From positions 248,001-312,000 of the forward strand of contig JAVECO010000001.1 of assembly GCA_051942205.1 (NCBI GenBank): DNA of 64,000 bases. Direction: 5' to 3'. The position numbers and the translations under genes were made by a program. Below, in pieces: positions 37,501 through 49,494 of this stretch. How positions within the stretch are numbered: position 1 is the first letter of the stretch; each line of letters starts with the position of its first letter. The notes below the pieces were generated by a model. It was not told the origin of the DNA. It saw only the letters and a list, made by a program, of their open reading frames with translations, and did no database searches. This DNA is from Coniocarpon cinnabarinum. Taxonomy: Eukaryota.

Positions 37501-37658
37501 GTACTGCTTGCATTCTTGGTAGACAAAGACCGGCGACTGAGCCGGAGTTGCGCGTTGAAGTTCCGGGTGTCATGACTACGTAATCTGATGAGTGTAGTGA
37601 CAGCCGAACGAAAAGTTGATACTGTACAGTATGCCCTTGCATGAACATAACCAATCAT
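34533..37658 (-). CDS. MSH1: Mitochondrial MutS homolog 1
   Basis: Arg/Ser-rich presequence; LTRVGGFYELYF, VPMAGFPFFQL, RIVTPGTLIDE, Walker A TGPNMAGKSTYLRQ, DQSTFMVEMLET, MDEVGRGT, LFATHFH, SHALKVARLAGLP. Confidence 0.95.
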   Translation of the reverse strand: MIGYVHARAYCTVSTFRSAVTTLIRLRSHDTRNFNAQLRLSRRSLSTKNASSTPKNDNEKPKRGGKGTTVKFGDLPHGLVASSSSKQDADTTPGKEIQKPKLAGKRTTVKFGDLPQGLVAASDFPDASPEDAKPSVGFPTVIQQARDNMIKFPNCIVLTRVGGFYELYFHQAEEWAAQLNLKLARKKTSAGPVPMAGFPFFQLERFLKTLVQDHRVHVAIAEETANDPSQRVKSGGLMFDRQIRRIVTPGTLIDEKFLQPNEHNYLLGIAEALQADQRRPKTPASDGSLPPSGLGQLSFAWIDLSSGDFMTQVAPAAALPSIVARLAPSEIVVDQRLRDSHEDLVSRPLQEYEDRVSWYDYSQNENKTHAANSDQQASTSVPAKMTSKAAQMLVAYVEEQLPGADLQLRTPQSYEETQHMSIDQNTLRGLEILKTLKDGTEKGALLNVVRRTSTRSGARLLAERLVSPSMSLSEIEDRLDLVQEFLVRPDLVDETTALLKRTTDSPRLVQAVAFGKGDAEDLLSLSRTVSLAKNVADIVYHHTNEESPLRRQIGKFEWEAPTELSKRIQEAIDEEGLMTRYRVRDNDAADAAALAQEAIASEGAADMAALHKRLGAIRSAKSVTSEGFNDDEETSPSNEIWVMRRTASPILRALHDQLLSLRQAVSDLSTKLQDQLGAKSLTLKMTPGLGHIVHVKGKDTKADFSHIIKEARTVSASKTTRSFYLPSWTSLGARIEDAKLRIRSEEQRIFKSLREGVCANIVPLRRNAAVLDELDVACSSAVLAQECNLVRPVLDESRSMQIVDGRHMTVEAGLTSSGRSFTANDTMIGLPSHKHDASNANNNRSIHLITGPNMAGKSTYLRQTALISILAQTGLYVPASYARLGLVDAVFSRIGSADNLYQDQSTFMVEMLETAQILKNAGPRSLVVMDEVGRGTTPEDGVAVGFAVLETLRRRGVGRVLFATHFHGLVDLVGDWEEVGCFCTRVVEDVAEGGKKERGIEFRFDHRMREGVNRESHALKVARLAGLPSETIEVAKEVLGE

Positions 37659-38020
37659 ACCATCACAAAACGCGTTCCAATTCTACAGTCGCACGTCATG
37701 CTTTCCATCTAGGAAATTCATCAACACACTCGAGCAATGTTGACAATTAGTGTGATCATGCGGTAGTCTTGTGCAATGTAGAGAGAATGAAAAGATGATG
37801 TTTCCAGATGTGCCTGCTATGTATGAATACCCCTGGTACACGAGTCATGCTTCGCACCGAAACGCGTCCGATGCGCGTTGAAGTGTGACGTGAGCTGACC
37901 AGCATTCAAGAAACGCATCTGCCTAACCAAGCGCAAATAGTGGATGCGAATTCGCAATGATCGCTGGTTCCAACCCTCAATGGACCCCAGCATCCTGAGA
38001 GACCGCTCACACAACAGCTC
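37659..38020. promoter_or_regulatory. Divergent MSH1/OPA3 promoter with two ACGCGT (MCB-like) boxes
   Basis: ACGCGT at 37670-37675 and 37862-37867; head-to-head genes. Confidence 0.35.
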
Positions 38021-38940
38021 ATGGCCACCAAGATCGCCACCCTCGCCATCCGCACGCTCGCCAAACCCCTCGGCGTACGTCGCCCCTCCAAATCCACCAC
38101 CCCGAACTCAACAGATTCCCATACCTCAGTGACCACGAATAAACCCAGTACGAGAAAATCATCCCACTAAAATAACCCTAGAACTCCATCAAATCCGCAG
38201 CCCGCAACAACCCCACCTTCAAATCCCTCTGCATAAGCTGGGCCCAATGGCTGCACAGAACAGACATGCGCATGCGCCTCGGCCTGCTGTCTGATCCCAC
38301 AACAATCGACCGCCAAGTCGCCCGCGAGCAAGCGGAGCTGAATCAAACCCGCAACCCCCTCCAGTCGCACGTCGCCACCGCCAAGACGCTCTCCGAAACG
38401 CAGGCCGAGCAGCGCGAAGCCGAGGAGATCCGGAAGAGGCTGAAGGGCACGAAGCGACGGATCAAGCCGTTGAGCGAGAGTAAGGCGATAGACACGGGGG
38501 CCACGTTTGCAAGTGAATTCTTCTTGTTTGCCGTCGCGGCGGGGTTGATCTTTGGGGAGCAGGCTTGGAGTCGGGCCCGGGAACGGGGGCGGAAGGAGGG
38601 GGTTGAGACGCGGTTGGTGAGGTTGGAGGAGGATGTAAGAGGACTCAGGGACGAGAACGAACGGCTCAGGGCGGTGAACGAGGGGGGCGAACCCAAAGAG
38701 TTGGCAAATGCGGTGGGAGAGGAGGTTAGGAGGACGAGTGGTAGAAAGGCTAGTGAAGAGGGTGACGAGAGCAAGGAGGAGAACCAGAGCGACAAAACGG
38801 ATTCGGAGAAGAGCAAGAAGACGATTGTTGCAAAGGACGACAATCTGAATGAGAAGGGAAGAAACTTGACTAGCACGAAGGAGGATGCCAAACCGGAAAA
38901 GGAGGCAGGCAAGTCAAATCGCCTGCTTGAGCGACAATGA
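38021..38940 (+). CDS. OPA3-like mitochondrial protein, 2 exons
   Basis: MATKIATLAIRTLAKPL, intron ~38074-38181, AQWLHRTDMRMRLGLL, IKPLSESKAIDTGATFASEFFLFAVA, then coiled coil. Confidence 0.88.
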
Positions 38941-39340
38941 CGCACTCGTGGCTGTGATTATTTGCGCGTGTGGGAAAAGGCATTGGTGAAAATATTCGTG
39001 GTCGACATAGCGAGGCGTTCAAGGCATGGGAATATTATAGACATGATTTATTGGCCATTACCACTCAATGATACCCACATTCTGAAGACACAACTATCAA
39101 GCTCATTCGAAATTGTCGCATTCTGATCTCATGATAGCTTCGGATATGCATGCCTGCTTCGTTTCATGCTGCATTCTGCAGAAGTTCGTCACTTCAGAAC
39201 CCTCCTCAACGCCACGCTAAATACCCATAAATATCCGCTGGCCATGCTACACAATGCACGTTCTCAATACGCTTCGGTCGTCAAACTTCGATTGACAATG
39301 CGCCGCTCCTGTCTCGGTCTGCAAACGCCAAATGGGCTGA

Positions 39341-41355
39341 TCATTTCAATCTAAAACCACGCACACGCTTAGCAAGCTGCTCGTCCGTGCCGGGCCGACG
39401 ATGATCATAGCTATCACTTCTCCACACACGACCAGGGCGAGCCGGACCCCCGTTGGTGTGCAGAGTGTCGTCGCCGTGATCATCGGGGTCGCGTTTGCGC
39501 TTGGGAGGGGGGTTCGGCTCACCACTGCTTTCCCGTAAGATTGTCATCAGGGTCTGCCATCCAGGTGAGTCGAAGAGCTCGAAAGCGTCGGCGTTGGCAT
39601 GTGTGCGAGCCAGTCGGCAGAGAACTTTCTCTTCGTCCTTGAACGTTCTGAGTCAGCTTACATTGATGGAAACAAAAATAAAGACATGAGCCAGAAGCAA
39701 AGGGACTTTACCTTGCTGAGAATGCCCAAGTTGTGGATGAAGCATATGAGATGGAAATCAGCCACACGCGTTATCAATTCTTGCTCAGTCACTTTGCTGC
39801 CGCTGACACCAAGCTGCTTTGCAACAGCCCCTATTTCCTGACCTTCGCCAAGGATCTCTCGGTTTTCCTTAGGAAACTTCAAGCTGGTGAACTCAGGTTT
39901 CGGATCTTTGGGAAAGCCATGCGTCAGCGTCACGAGAAGATATTCGACCGGAAACGCTGGCTTAGCATTTTCTTGCACGTTTGCGCCATATTCGTTGAGG
40001 CGCCTGTAAAAGACTTCCGGGATATATCGAACTCTACCCAATCCCGCTTCCTCCTCTTCTGATTGTACAAGTACCTTGGTGGGATCTGCGGATGGCTCAA
40101 TGATGTCAGCTCGCACCATCTCCACAGCGGTTTCCGAAGCCTGAAAGGCTGAGACTGTGATCGCTCCATCTTCATCGCCGCTGACTACGCATGTGACGAA
40201 GTTTGAGCCATAGCGTCCTTGCTCACTCCACTTAGTAGGCTTGGGGTATCTGGCCTGATGTCGAGCAGCAAACATGACTTCGAGAGAGGAGAGGTAGTGA
40301 CTGTCAATATGACGCTTACAGAGGACGGAACCAGTACCTTTGCCAGCGTCAATCAGATCTGTGAAGATTACGCCAACTTTCTGAAGTCCGCATAATCGCG
40401 CCAGCTCGTCAACTTCTTCCTCATTAGGCCAGTCGCCAATAGAGACGCCATCCATTTCATTGATCTGGGGTGGCTCGTATATGGCTTCTACGATGGCCTT
40501 GATACCAAGTGGCACTTCCGTGTATTCCTCATAGCGACCGTATAGAAATCCTATTCGCTGAGTCCCACTATTTCTCCAGAAGTGGAGAAAGTCGTTAACA
40601 AGGTCAAAAGAGGAGAATTCCACATGATCGACCATGCGAAAGGGTTGTGGTTGCAGTGTGATCGCGCTTGGCTGACATTTTGTGCATATGCCAGCCGGGA
40701 AAGGAGGATGGCCCGAGGGACAGTCTTTTCGCACGCGAAAAAACGGTTCAGATAGTGGCGGCATGTACGAGCTCTTGAGCTCTGGCTTGTTTTTCCCTGC
40801 ATTGAGCTTGCGAAGGTGTGAGTGGAAGGAGAGATGCTTGATTTTCCTGTCGGCCAAATATTCAGGCGCGAACGGCTCCAAGGGTTGGCAGTACTCGCAC
40901 ATGCCCTTGTCTCCGTGCCTGCACATCTTGTAGTCACGACCTCTTGGTATCTTCCCATCTTGCTTGTCCAATCGGTTATCAAGCTCAGCTTGTTGTACTG
41001 TCTCCCAAGGATTCTGTATCCGTGCTGCTTGAGACGCGTTGTTCGCTACAGGAGCGCCGGGTGGTACTTCCTCCTTCTCTGTCGGAGTGTGGCCATTCTG
41101 CAGTTGATCCTGAACTTCATACTCAAGAAAGAGCTGATCGCCATGTTTCAAGCCCACTCTCTCGAGCGTGACACCTTTCAGTGAGACGACCGTCCGCTGG
41201 TCCCCACCATGGGGCTGGTTGCTGAGAGCGACGGTTTGGGGATCTGTTTTCTCAGGCAAGTGCTCCAGGATCCTCGGGAGGATAGCAGTAAACTCAGTTT
41301 TCGGCTCGAGGTTCAACCGGAACTGGCCATCGCGGCCTCTGAATCGGAGAAGCAT
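39341..41355 (-). CDS. NPL4: Nuclear protein localization protein 4 (Cdc48 cofactor)
   Basis: [13 protein letters not shown] ubiquitin-like start; zinc motifs [12 protein letters not shown] and [48 protein letters not shown]. Intron near 39711-39655. Confidence 0.95.
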
Positions 41356-41896
41356 AGGTGCAGGCAGGCTAGGTAATGATTAGCAGTGTGAACTTGACAT
41401 ACAACTGCAGCCTGCGGGCAGCGCGTTGAAGTTGTTAAATGTGCAGAAGCGAAGAGTCTTTTGTGGCGTGAGCGGAGAGACGCAGTAGCAGTGGAAAGCT
41501 ATAGAAAGGTGAAGGCGTGAAGGCCAGGCATCCCATGATGAGGTGTTGTGAAAGCCGGCCGGTATCGATTGGAAAAAGTTGGGCCTGACTCGCGCACTTT
41601 TTGGTACCTACGTCACCTATAGGGGCCTGGCCCTAGCACCCTGCCCGTGGGTAATGAATGACCGTAGTCATTGATCATTGTACCTATAAGGTGGGCATGT
41701 TGATACGCAGGCAATTGCACCCCCTCACCTAGCTACGTGAACGTCGGTATCAGAGGTTCAATCCGAGGCTGACGCATCTCGACGTGAGGCTGAAAGCAGA
41801 CGCCTGTCTCAGACGTCCACAGTCTGTGCTTCAACCCGAATCAATATTCATACAATCTGCCAAGTATTTCCATGCTAACGAATAGCCGTGACAGCG

Positions 41897-42760
41897 TTAC
41901 GCCTTTTTCTTGTTCTTCTTCTTTTTCTTCCCTCCTCCGCCGCCTGCACCACTGCCAGACGTGCCTGCTCCCGGCGTTGTTACCTCACCAACCCCTGAGC
42001 CTTCACCACTGCTTGCGACACTGTCTTGTCTTTCCATGGCCATCGCATTGGGTTTCTCAACGACCACAGCGTCATCGCTGCCATCACTCGTCTTTGCGGT
42101 TCCTGGTCTGCTGGTCTCGTCCTTGGCGTCCGTGGTCTTGTCTTCCGCGCCAAGTTCTTTTGAGGAACCCTCTCGCACTGCTCTACGGCCCTCCATCCAT
42201 TGCCTCCGTTCTTGCTCTCTTTGCGCTTCTACGGTCGTGACGGCATTCCTGACGTTTTCTTGATTGACAATCTCGCCGGCTGACTGGAAAAGTGACGAAC
42301 CCCACGTCTGTCCTTGGACTCCGTTACCACCAGGGCCGCACAGCGCATTTGCCTCGGACACGCAATCGCGCAGTTCTGCATCCATTTCCTTTTCAGCAAA
42401 CGTAAATTGTTGAACGAGATCGTCACCGACTTGACCGCGCTGTTGTAGAGTCATAAGCGCCGGTTTTTGAGCTCGTAATTGCATGAGTCGTCGAATGTTT
42501 GTCGTAGAGCGCTGCAGAAGTGCCGCGCGCAATAGCGAGTCTGGGACCTGTTGAGTCTTCTCATCGGATCCCGACTTCGCGGCCGACGCTTGCTCAAGGA
42601 GTGTGAGATAGATGTTTCGCGGAGTGTGTTCGGGAAACCATGGTTCTAGTTTGGCGGCTTGAAGAGCTTGGCGGCGTCTGTAGAGGTGTGAAAAGGTGGC
42701 TAATGACAGAATCAAGATGCTGAGGTATCCCAGAGGAAGGAGAAGGGAAAACCAGTCCAT
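41897..42760 (-). CDS. SEC66: Sec62/63 complex subunit Sec66 (Sec71)
   Basis: N-terminal TM PLGYLSILILSLATFSHLYRRR, PWFPEH..RNIYLTLL, LRAALL.R, G.VGDDL, E.D.EL.D...EAN, W...FQSA.E; Lys-rich tail. Confidence 0.88.
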   Translation of the reverse strand: MDWFSLLLPLGYLSILILSLATFSHLYRRRQALQAAKLEPWFPEHTPRNIYLTLLEQASAAKSGSDEKTQQVPDSLLRAALLQRSTTNIRRLMQLRAQKPALMTLQQRGQVGDDLVQQFTFAEKEMDAELRDCVSEANALCGPGGNGVQGQTWGSSLFQSAGEIVNQENVRNAVTTVEAQREQERRQWMEGRRAVREGSSKELGAEDKTTDAKDETSRPGTAKTSDGSDDAVVVEKPNAMAMERQDSVASSGEGSGVGEVTTPGAGTSGSGAGGGGGKKKKKNKKKA

Positions 42761-43486
42761 GTTCAGCGCTTGCAGCCTTGGGGTAGGATCACAGCGGAAG
42801 TCTGTCTAGAAAGTTGGTACGGTGACAAGTCGTCACCATCCTCTGCCACTCAATGATGCGTGTTGATATAATGAAGGAATGCGTCTTGAGCTCCGGAACG
42901 GTAAGCTGTCAACTTGTTGTGAGTGTTGCATTTCGCGCTGAACAGAGCAGGTCGCACTGAATATTTAAACAATGGGCAGGTTCGGAATTCAGCCGCTCGT
43001 TACGTTAGGCAGGGTTACATTATCCAATTTACTAGGTATTCATGCCTTGTGACTTCTCGACAATTGCGTGACTTGACTAACGGAGTGGACACGATAATAC
43101 CATAATATACAAAGATTTATGCCTGAAAGCGAGCTTCGAGGCAAACAACAGATCCCAATAGTGAAGCACATCTCTTTGTCGATTCTCGATTCTCGATTCT
43201 ACATCTCACTGAGTGCTACAATGTACTTTGGTATCAACTCTGTCCATAGAAAGTCGCACTCACATCACCTTCAAACCGCACCAGATCCATCTTCATTTGT
43301 TTCGGGCGACCGTGACCCGTCCACACAAGCAAAAGGGTATTAATTAGGGATTGTAATTTTATAGTACTAAAGAATGACCGGCGACTGAATAGAAGTGGGT
43401 ATTGTGCAACCGGTAAAGTGCCGTGACATGACAATGGAAGTGGTATCTCTTCGAATTTGAAACACAAAGAGTGTCAATGAAAATCG

Positions 43487-46400
43487 TTATGGGCGCGATG
43501 AGCCGGCTTCTTGATTGCCGGTAAGCTGCGCAACGCGAGCTCGAATGCGGGCCACGCGGGACTCTATGGCTGGAAAATGTTAGCAAGATTACGGGGTCAA
43601 TACAGCGAGTGTTACTCACACTCTTCGCCGCTGGTCTCGCCATCGTCCGTGCGCTCGGTGGCGTTGCTTTGGCTTGTACGAGAAGCGTGCGAGTGCTCCT
43701 CGCTACGTCGCTCGGCGGCATTTTTGCGGATTTGCGCCCAACGATCTTGCGACATATCTGCCGGTACTGGGGGTGGAGCTGAAGGCGGAGGAGGCGGAGC
43801 ATGATGCCCCTCGTCGGCTTCAGGTTCTTCGTCCACGAGACCATGTTCATCTTCGTCGTCTGGATTTAGCTCCATGGGCGTGGCAAACTCCTCATGCCCG
43901 GCCTTTTCATGAGGCTCCTGATCCTGGACTAGACGTTCAGCGGCACGCGTCCGGAAACCGGCGGAGGTGGGACGAGCCTCAGGAGTTGACTCGCCATCAG
44001 CCAAATCATCTTTATCATCATCACCCGCGAACGCAGGCTGGTCCTCAAGTGGCCCTTGTGTAAAATTAGAGAAATGCGCTGTGCTACGGTTGGCGTTGTC
44101 TGAATCAGGATAAGAATCCCGGTATTGGTTTCGGTCGTCGTGATCAAAAGAGGCGGTTTCCACTTCTGGGCCTGGCTCGCCACTATAATCGGGCTGTGTT
44201 GCACTGCTGACTGGTCGCTCTTCGACTTTGGGCTCCTCTTTGACAGGGGTAGCCCGTCGATGGTCCTGCTTCGACGATGGTGGGGCTTTTCTCAAAGTGT
44301 TCTGACCGTGTTTCTTCGAATTAATCTGCCGTTGCATTCGCAATGCCTCGGGAACCTCATCTTCATCCGGTTTCTTGCGGGAGAACAACTTCTTGAATTT
44401 GCGTGTACTACCGACTTTGGATTTCTGAAGGGCTTCTGCCTGTTGAGGCTGAGGCGCCTGTTTGGCATTGCTATTCTTCATCGCAGCGGATGCAGCCGCA
44501 GCCGCCGGGCTGGCATGCCCATTTGAACCATCTTCCGGCTTTCGATCTGGAGATTGACGGAAAGCAGGATGATCTTGACGCCTGGGATCTTCATCCATGC
44601 TTCCGACTGGCTTGCGAGCTATTTGGTTCAAGTCGTTAGGGGAGAGCGTCGTGGCCTCACTTATCTGCGGCTTGTGCTTCGATTCTTTGGTGTCAACGCC
44701 CACATCCTTTGGAAGTGGTGGTGGGGGTTTTTCCATTGGAGATTCGTCAAACTCTTCCTTGAACTGCGCGCCAGAAACAGTCGGCGGCTCCTCTTGCTGG
44801 TGCAATAAGTTTAGGTCTCTCTGCTTGGAGCCATCGAACTTGGTTGCAGAGATGAGGTCCATAGTCGAAGCAATAGACGGCGCCCGGGGTGAACCAATGC
44901 CCATGTTGGGGTCACCCAAGTACTTAGCTCGAATCTGCTCTTTATCGTATTTGTTGGCCCATTGCATTGCTGGTCCAGCGTCACGGTGCATGTTAGTTGC
45001 CATCGGCGTGCCAAGAGTAAGGACGCTTTGCGTTCTTGACTCAGCATCAAATTCACGTCGGCCGCGTCGTTCGACGTTGGGCGGGCCATCGTCATCATCG
45101 AATTGTTGCTGGTGAGCCAATTCTGCGGCGGCCTGATGAACCCTCGACTCTTGATCAGGTGTTGGCTGTTTGCGTGCCAATGCTGGCGTGGATGCCGCCA
45201 TCTTTGCATCGAGTTTGGGGACTGGTGGTTTCTTGCCGGTAGAGCCTCGTCGTTGCCGGGACTTACGGCCAAATGTGAAGCGACTCTTCTTTTCGACGAT
45301 CTTAACGTCGTCTTTCAGAGGCGCAGCCGCACCCTTCACTTGCTCCTCCAAGACCAACCAGCCCCCTCCGGTGACCTTAGGCTCGGTTTCAACAAACGCG
45401 CAACGTCCAAAAGCGGACTTTCGCTCTGCAGGCTCTTCCCCTGCTAAGCTTGACATCCATACCCACCAGAAGGTTTCATCGATATCCACGCGGCTGGTAG
45501 CGTTTAACTCTGGCTGGTCTAGGTCATCACGCTTTAGACCATGGCGGACATGAGACTGGGAAGACTGGACGCGCGGAGGAGTGAGAGGAGGCAAGACTTG
45601 GTCGGGCGGTAACGTCAGCATGTTGTTGGGCCCCCGCCGTGTGGGATCGTCAGAGAAGCCGGAGGAAAGAAAGTCAGCCCATGATGGAGTAGTAGGGCGA
45701 TTGAAATCAGTTCTACCGCTTGCAGGCGTGGTCCGCAAGCGGTGTGGCGAGGTCTTCTCGTGCATAGTTGCTCCATTTTCTTGGGGCGCGTCAAGCAGGC
45801 TGGAAAACCCCATGTCCTGGAATCGCGACCATGAGGAATCGGAGGCGCTTGCGAGTCTCGAATGCTCCATCTGAATGGATGCAGATGCATTCGTCGATGA
45901 GATGGCATCCAAGACGCGGCGCGATTCAAAGCTCAGAGCTTCAAGCGCATCCTCACAATCGCCAAATCTCACGAGCACGGGGTCAGTATCTCGACCAAGC
46001 TCCTGATAATCGAATGTATTTGCGCGTTGAAGAAGAGAATATGGGGTTGGTGAGACGCGCTCCACGATCATGACAGCTTTTGATGTTGTTCGCTGCAGTA
46101 GTGATGGAGTGTGGGGTGGGTATTCGGTTTGAGAGAGGAGCGCGAGTAGTGATCGTGGTAGTTGAGAGATACCAGAGCTGCCGGGAATCTCATCTGGGGC
46201 ACGAGCTCTTAGATAAGCGAAGAACAAGTGGCTCGAGGCGTCAGCCGCTCGTGCCCAGGTTTTGTAACCGCCGTCAAAGCCCATGCCCGTGTCGGCATGG
46301 TCAAATGCCCACCAACCGGCCAGCCTTGACAGCTTCCGTCCACCGAGACCGTTTGTCTTTCCATTGGCTGCGACAGCAGCAAGGAGGTCGAAGAAATCAA

Positions 46401-47091
46401 AGATGATGCTCTTTCGGGCGTCTGAGTCGATGCTGAGGGGTACTAAGGTATCAAAAGCCTGCTTCGCCATATTCGATCCTATAGCTGGTCAGTACGACGC
46501 TAGTCTTACAGCCGCGAATCTACGTACCGATTTCGCCGCTCCTAAACAGCTCATATACGTCCCAGCCGACTACGCCACCGGGAAGACGGGCCCAGCACCA
46601 CTTGATGACACTGCAGAGGACCTAGAGACTATCAGGATCAACCTCTGAAGCAGGATCTTAGTGTGACCTACCAATGGTTCCACGAGCCTGGCTTCTCTGT
46701 GTAATTCTGCGCCAGTGAGCTGAGGGCTGGGACCCTCACCATGTTTGAAATAGTTGCGGACAAAGTTCTTCGCAGCGCTGGGATCAGCGTTAGGTCTGAA
46801 TGGCAAGAGAAGGAACGGTTGCTCGAGATCTGAGGTCGCTTTCAATCAGTATTCGCTTTGCCAACATCAGCGTGCACGTGGGGCATGGAAAAGCGCACCT
46901 CGAGACTTTAGTTCCTGACTGCAGACGTTGACCAGCTCGCGCACTTCTTCGGGCGCGATCTTTCTCCGTGTCCAGGCATCGTCCCACGTCTGCTTCTGAG
47001 GTTTCTGAGGAGCCTGGGATTGAGGGGCATTTTTGGCCTTGGCTTTGGAGTTGTTGTCCTTGCCACGCAGAGCCCTGAAGAAGGAGGGCAT
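43487..47091 (-). CDS. Polarity/morphogenesis protein MesA/Msb1 family (DUF1708-type), multi-exon
   Basis: WDDAW.R....PEEV.EL...C..ELKSR, PFLLLPFRP, NGLGGRKLSRLAGWWAF, RAADASSHLFFAYLR, WSRFQDMGF, RPTTPSWADFLSSGF, FWWVWMSSL..E, C-terminal IESRVARIRARVAQLT. Confidence 0.88.
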
Positions 47092-48901
47092 GATGTCGTT
47101 ATGACAGGAGTCGAGGGCGCGGTCTGAGTCAGCGCGGCATGGAGAGCGGCGGAGCAACAGCAGCGCAGTGATTTAGCAGGTGGTGAATGTTAAGAATCTG
47201 AGCTACGCCGGGGAGTGGCGATGTCTGTGCGTGTGCGTTCGTGGGTGAAGCTTGAAAAGAGCGCGCGGGTTGCAGAAATTAGAAGCAAAGGTGATGAAAG
47301 GCGGTTGGCAATGGGCGAGGATGCGACAGTCTGCCGACGGGGACAGGGATGGGGGGTTGGTGGAGGGAAGAGGAAAGGTGGGTTGGAAAAGAGGATGTGT
47401 GAGTTGTTGCAGAGATAGGGGAAGCGCGCTAGCCCATCTGCCAGCTGCACTCGCGAAGACGCACGCGCTTCGACTGGGCTTGCCCCAAGGCCAATGGACG
47501 CTCAGAAGGCTCTTCACGCTGGCGCACCGGAGCTGCGCAAGATCATGTAGACGAACTCCTGTCTGTGGTGGAGGTGGAGGGCCGCGATGAGCGAGGGCGA
47601 CGATTTCACGTGCAAAAGACGAGCGTGCAGCAATAACGCGTTGACGCGATGATCGTCTGGGAAGGTTCCAACTTTGGGCGAATGCCGATGTTCCACGTCT
47701 GCACACTTTGCACAGCCTCTCTGCGTGCACACTGAATGTGTCATTGGGTGCACATCATGGTGCAGTGCCGGTGGAGATGCGCGATGGGTTTGATGATGTC
47801 CATGTTTCGAAAGAGCAACATGGATGGACCTGGAGAGGGAACAAGATGAGGGCCGACCAACGCGAAACGCGTGACGGGATGAAATTAACTGGGGTGCCTG
47901 AGCCAACCACATTGGATGGTCCTCCGGTGATCACGTGCACGCCCTCCGGCTCCGTCGGAAAATTCAAGGCCTCGCCGCGTCTTCCATTCCGCGCCCCACA
48001 GTCCACCACTCCCTCAGATCCACACCAGTGTCGCGCCTGGCTTTCAATGTGTTTCCGATGCTTAGCAGGACCGCATGGAGCCTCGACGATGCGATTCCTG
48101 AGTCGATGATGCTAGCGTGTTTGTGCTATTAATAGACGCAGCGACCACGTTATATCTTGAATGCTGTTCTTTTTCTCATCCTATTCGTCGAGAATGCTCG
48201 TGGCACCTTTCGCGACCTTTGGTGACTGCCTGCGCCACAATGATCGCGCTCATCACGTGCTACTAAAAAGACGATGTTAATAATAACCCCTATATAGATC
48301 TCTAAGGATTATGAAAAGCGCTTACATAGGACCTTCAAGTAGTAGAGACACGTCTGCGCACGTTTGAGCGCTTCTAAATAACCTACTGTTAGGCAAATTC
48401 AGAGGGGGAAATCTTCCGAGCTTCGACCTTTGTCTCACCGGGCTTCGGAATCAATTCTAAGGCGCCGTCTTAACCCACCCTGCCCACTTCACAGATTCTA
48501 GCGTCACATGAGTCCCTACTCAGTCCATCCTCAACACAACTTGATAGTCGATGGTACGAGCCACTCTCTCTCGGGTTTCATCAATACCTCCCATTGCATG
48601 TCTGTGCAGACAGCTCTCTTGCGATGCACCTATGGGACTTTAATGTAGCCTCAATCGCTCGTGCCGTTCCCCGGCTCGCTGTCGCACTAAGCCAATGGCT
48701 TCTCAGTGGTGAACGAATGATCGTCAGGAACGCGGGTGATGAGGTCACCACTGACCTTCATCTGCGCAAGCATCATTTGCATTCCTTGCTTTGGTCTCTG
48801 CATGCAACAAGGGCTGTTTTTATTCCAAGTAATCCTGGCTCCCCAAGCATTTGACTTTGGTAGAATCTTTTGATAGTTGCGACATCGACAGAATATTCCA
48901 A

Positions 48902-49484
48902 ATGGTAAAAGATAATGATACCGTCATCCAGTAACTAGCCTTGTTGATTTCCTAAGCTGCTTACATGCTAAGATGTTATAGGGAGTGGAATGAGCTTGTC
49001 AACATGACTGCAGAGGAGCTGAAGGTAAACTTATCTTTCGAAACCTTCATTGGAGATCATGGCCTGACGAAGAACAGGATTGGCTTCAGAAGGAAGAAAG
49101 TCAGGAGTCTGGCTGGTCAAAAGACGACGGGACCGAGACTGTCGGTCACGAATCTGGGCGAGAGGTACCTGCACCCACATCTTTTCTTCAGATCTCTCAA
49201 AATGTCACCGCTCCCTGGCTATCATGAAGCCAGAGGGGAGGAGCCGAATCTCCGTCTGCTTTGTGCCATAAGTGTGCTGACAGATCCAGATCATCCGCAT
49301 TCTCGAGAAGAATCCTGAGAAGAAACCCGACCTCTACGACGAGGATGAAGATCTTCCACACATGAGGAAGACGGCATCATATTTGAAACGCCATCTCGCG
49401 CAAGAGGAGAAGGCCAAGAACGATACCGAAAGCAAAAGCTACAAGAGTCTAAAGAATTGGGGTCATGACCCGCTGAAAGCCTAA
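48902..49484 (+). CDS. DUF3140 domain protein, 4 exons
   Basis: Spliced MVKDNDTVI..EWNELVNMTAEELK DWL..EES..SGW..DDG.ETVGHESG..I..IL..NP...HMRK...Y.KRHLAQ...SLKNWGHDPLK. Confidence 0.85.
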
Positions 49485-49494
49485 TGTAGACTTC

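Noticed and set aside
41740..41790. GGTTCAATCC resembling a tRNA T-loop/B-box
   Set aside because: Flanks (agagg / cgagg) do not pair as a T-stem, and no D-arm or acceptor stem is evident.
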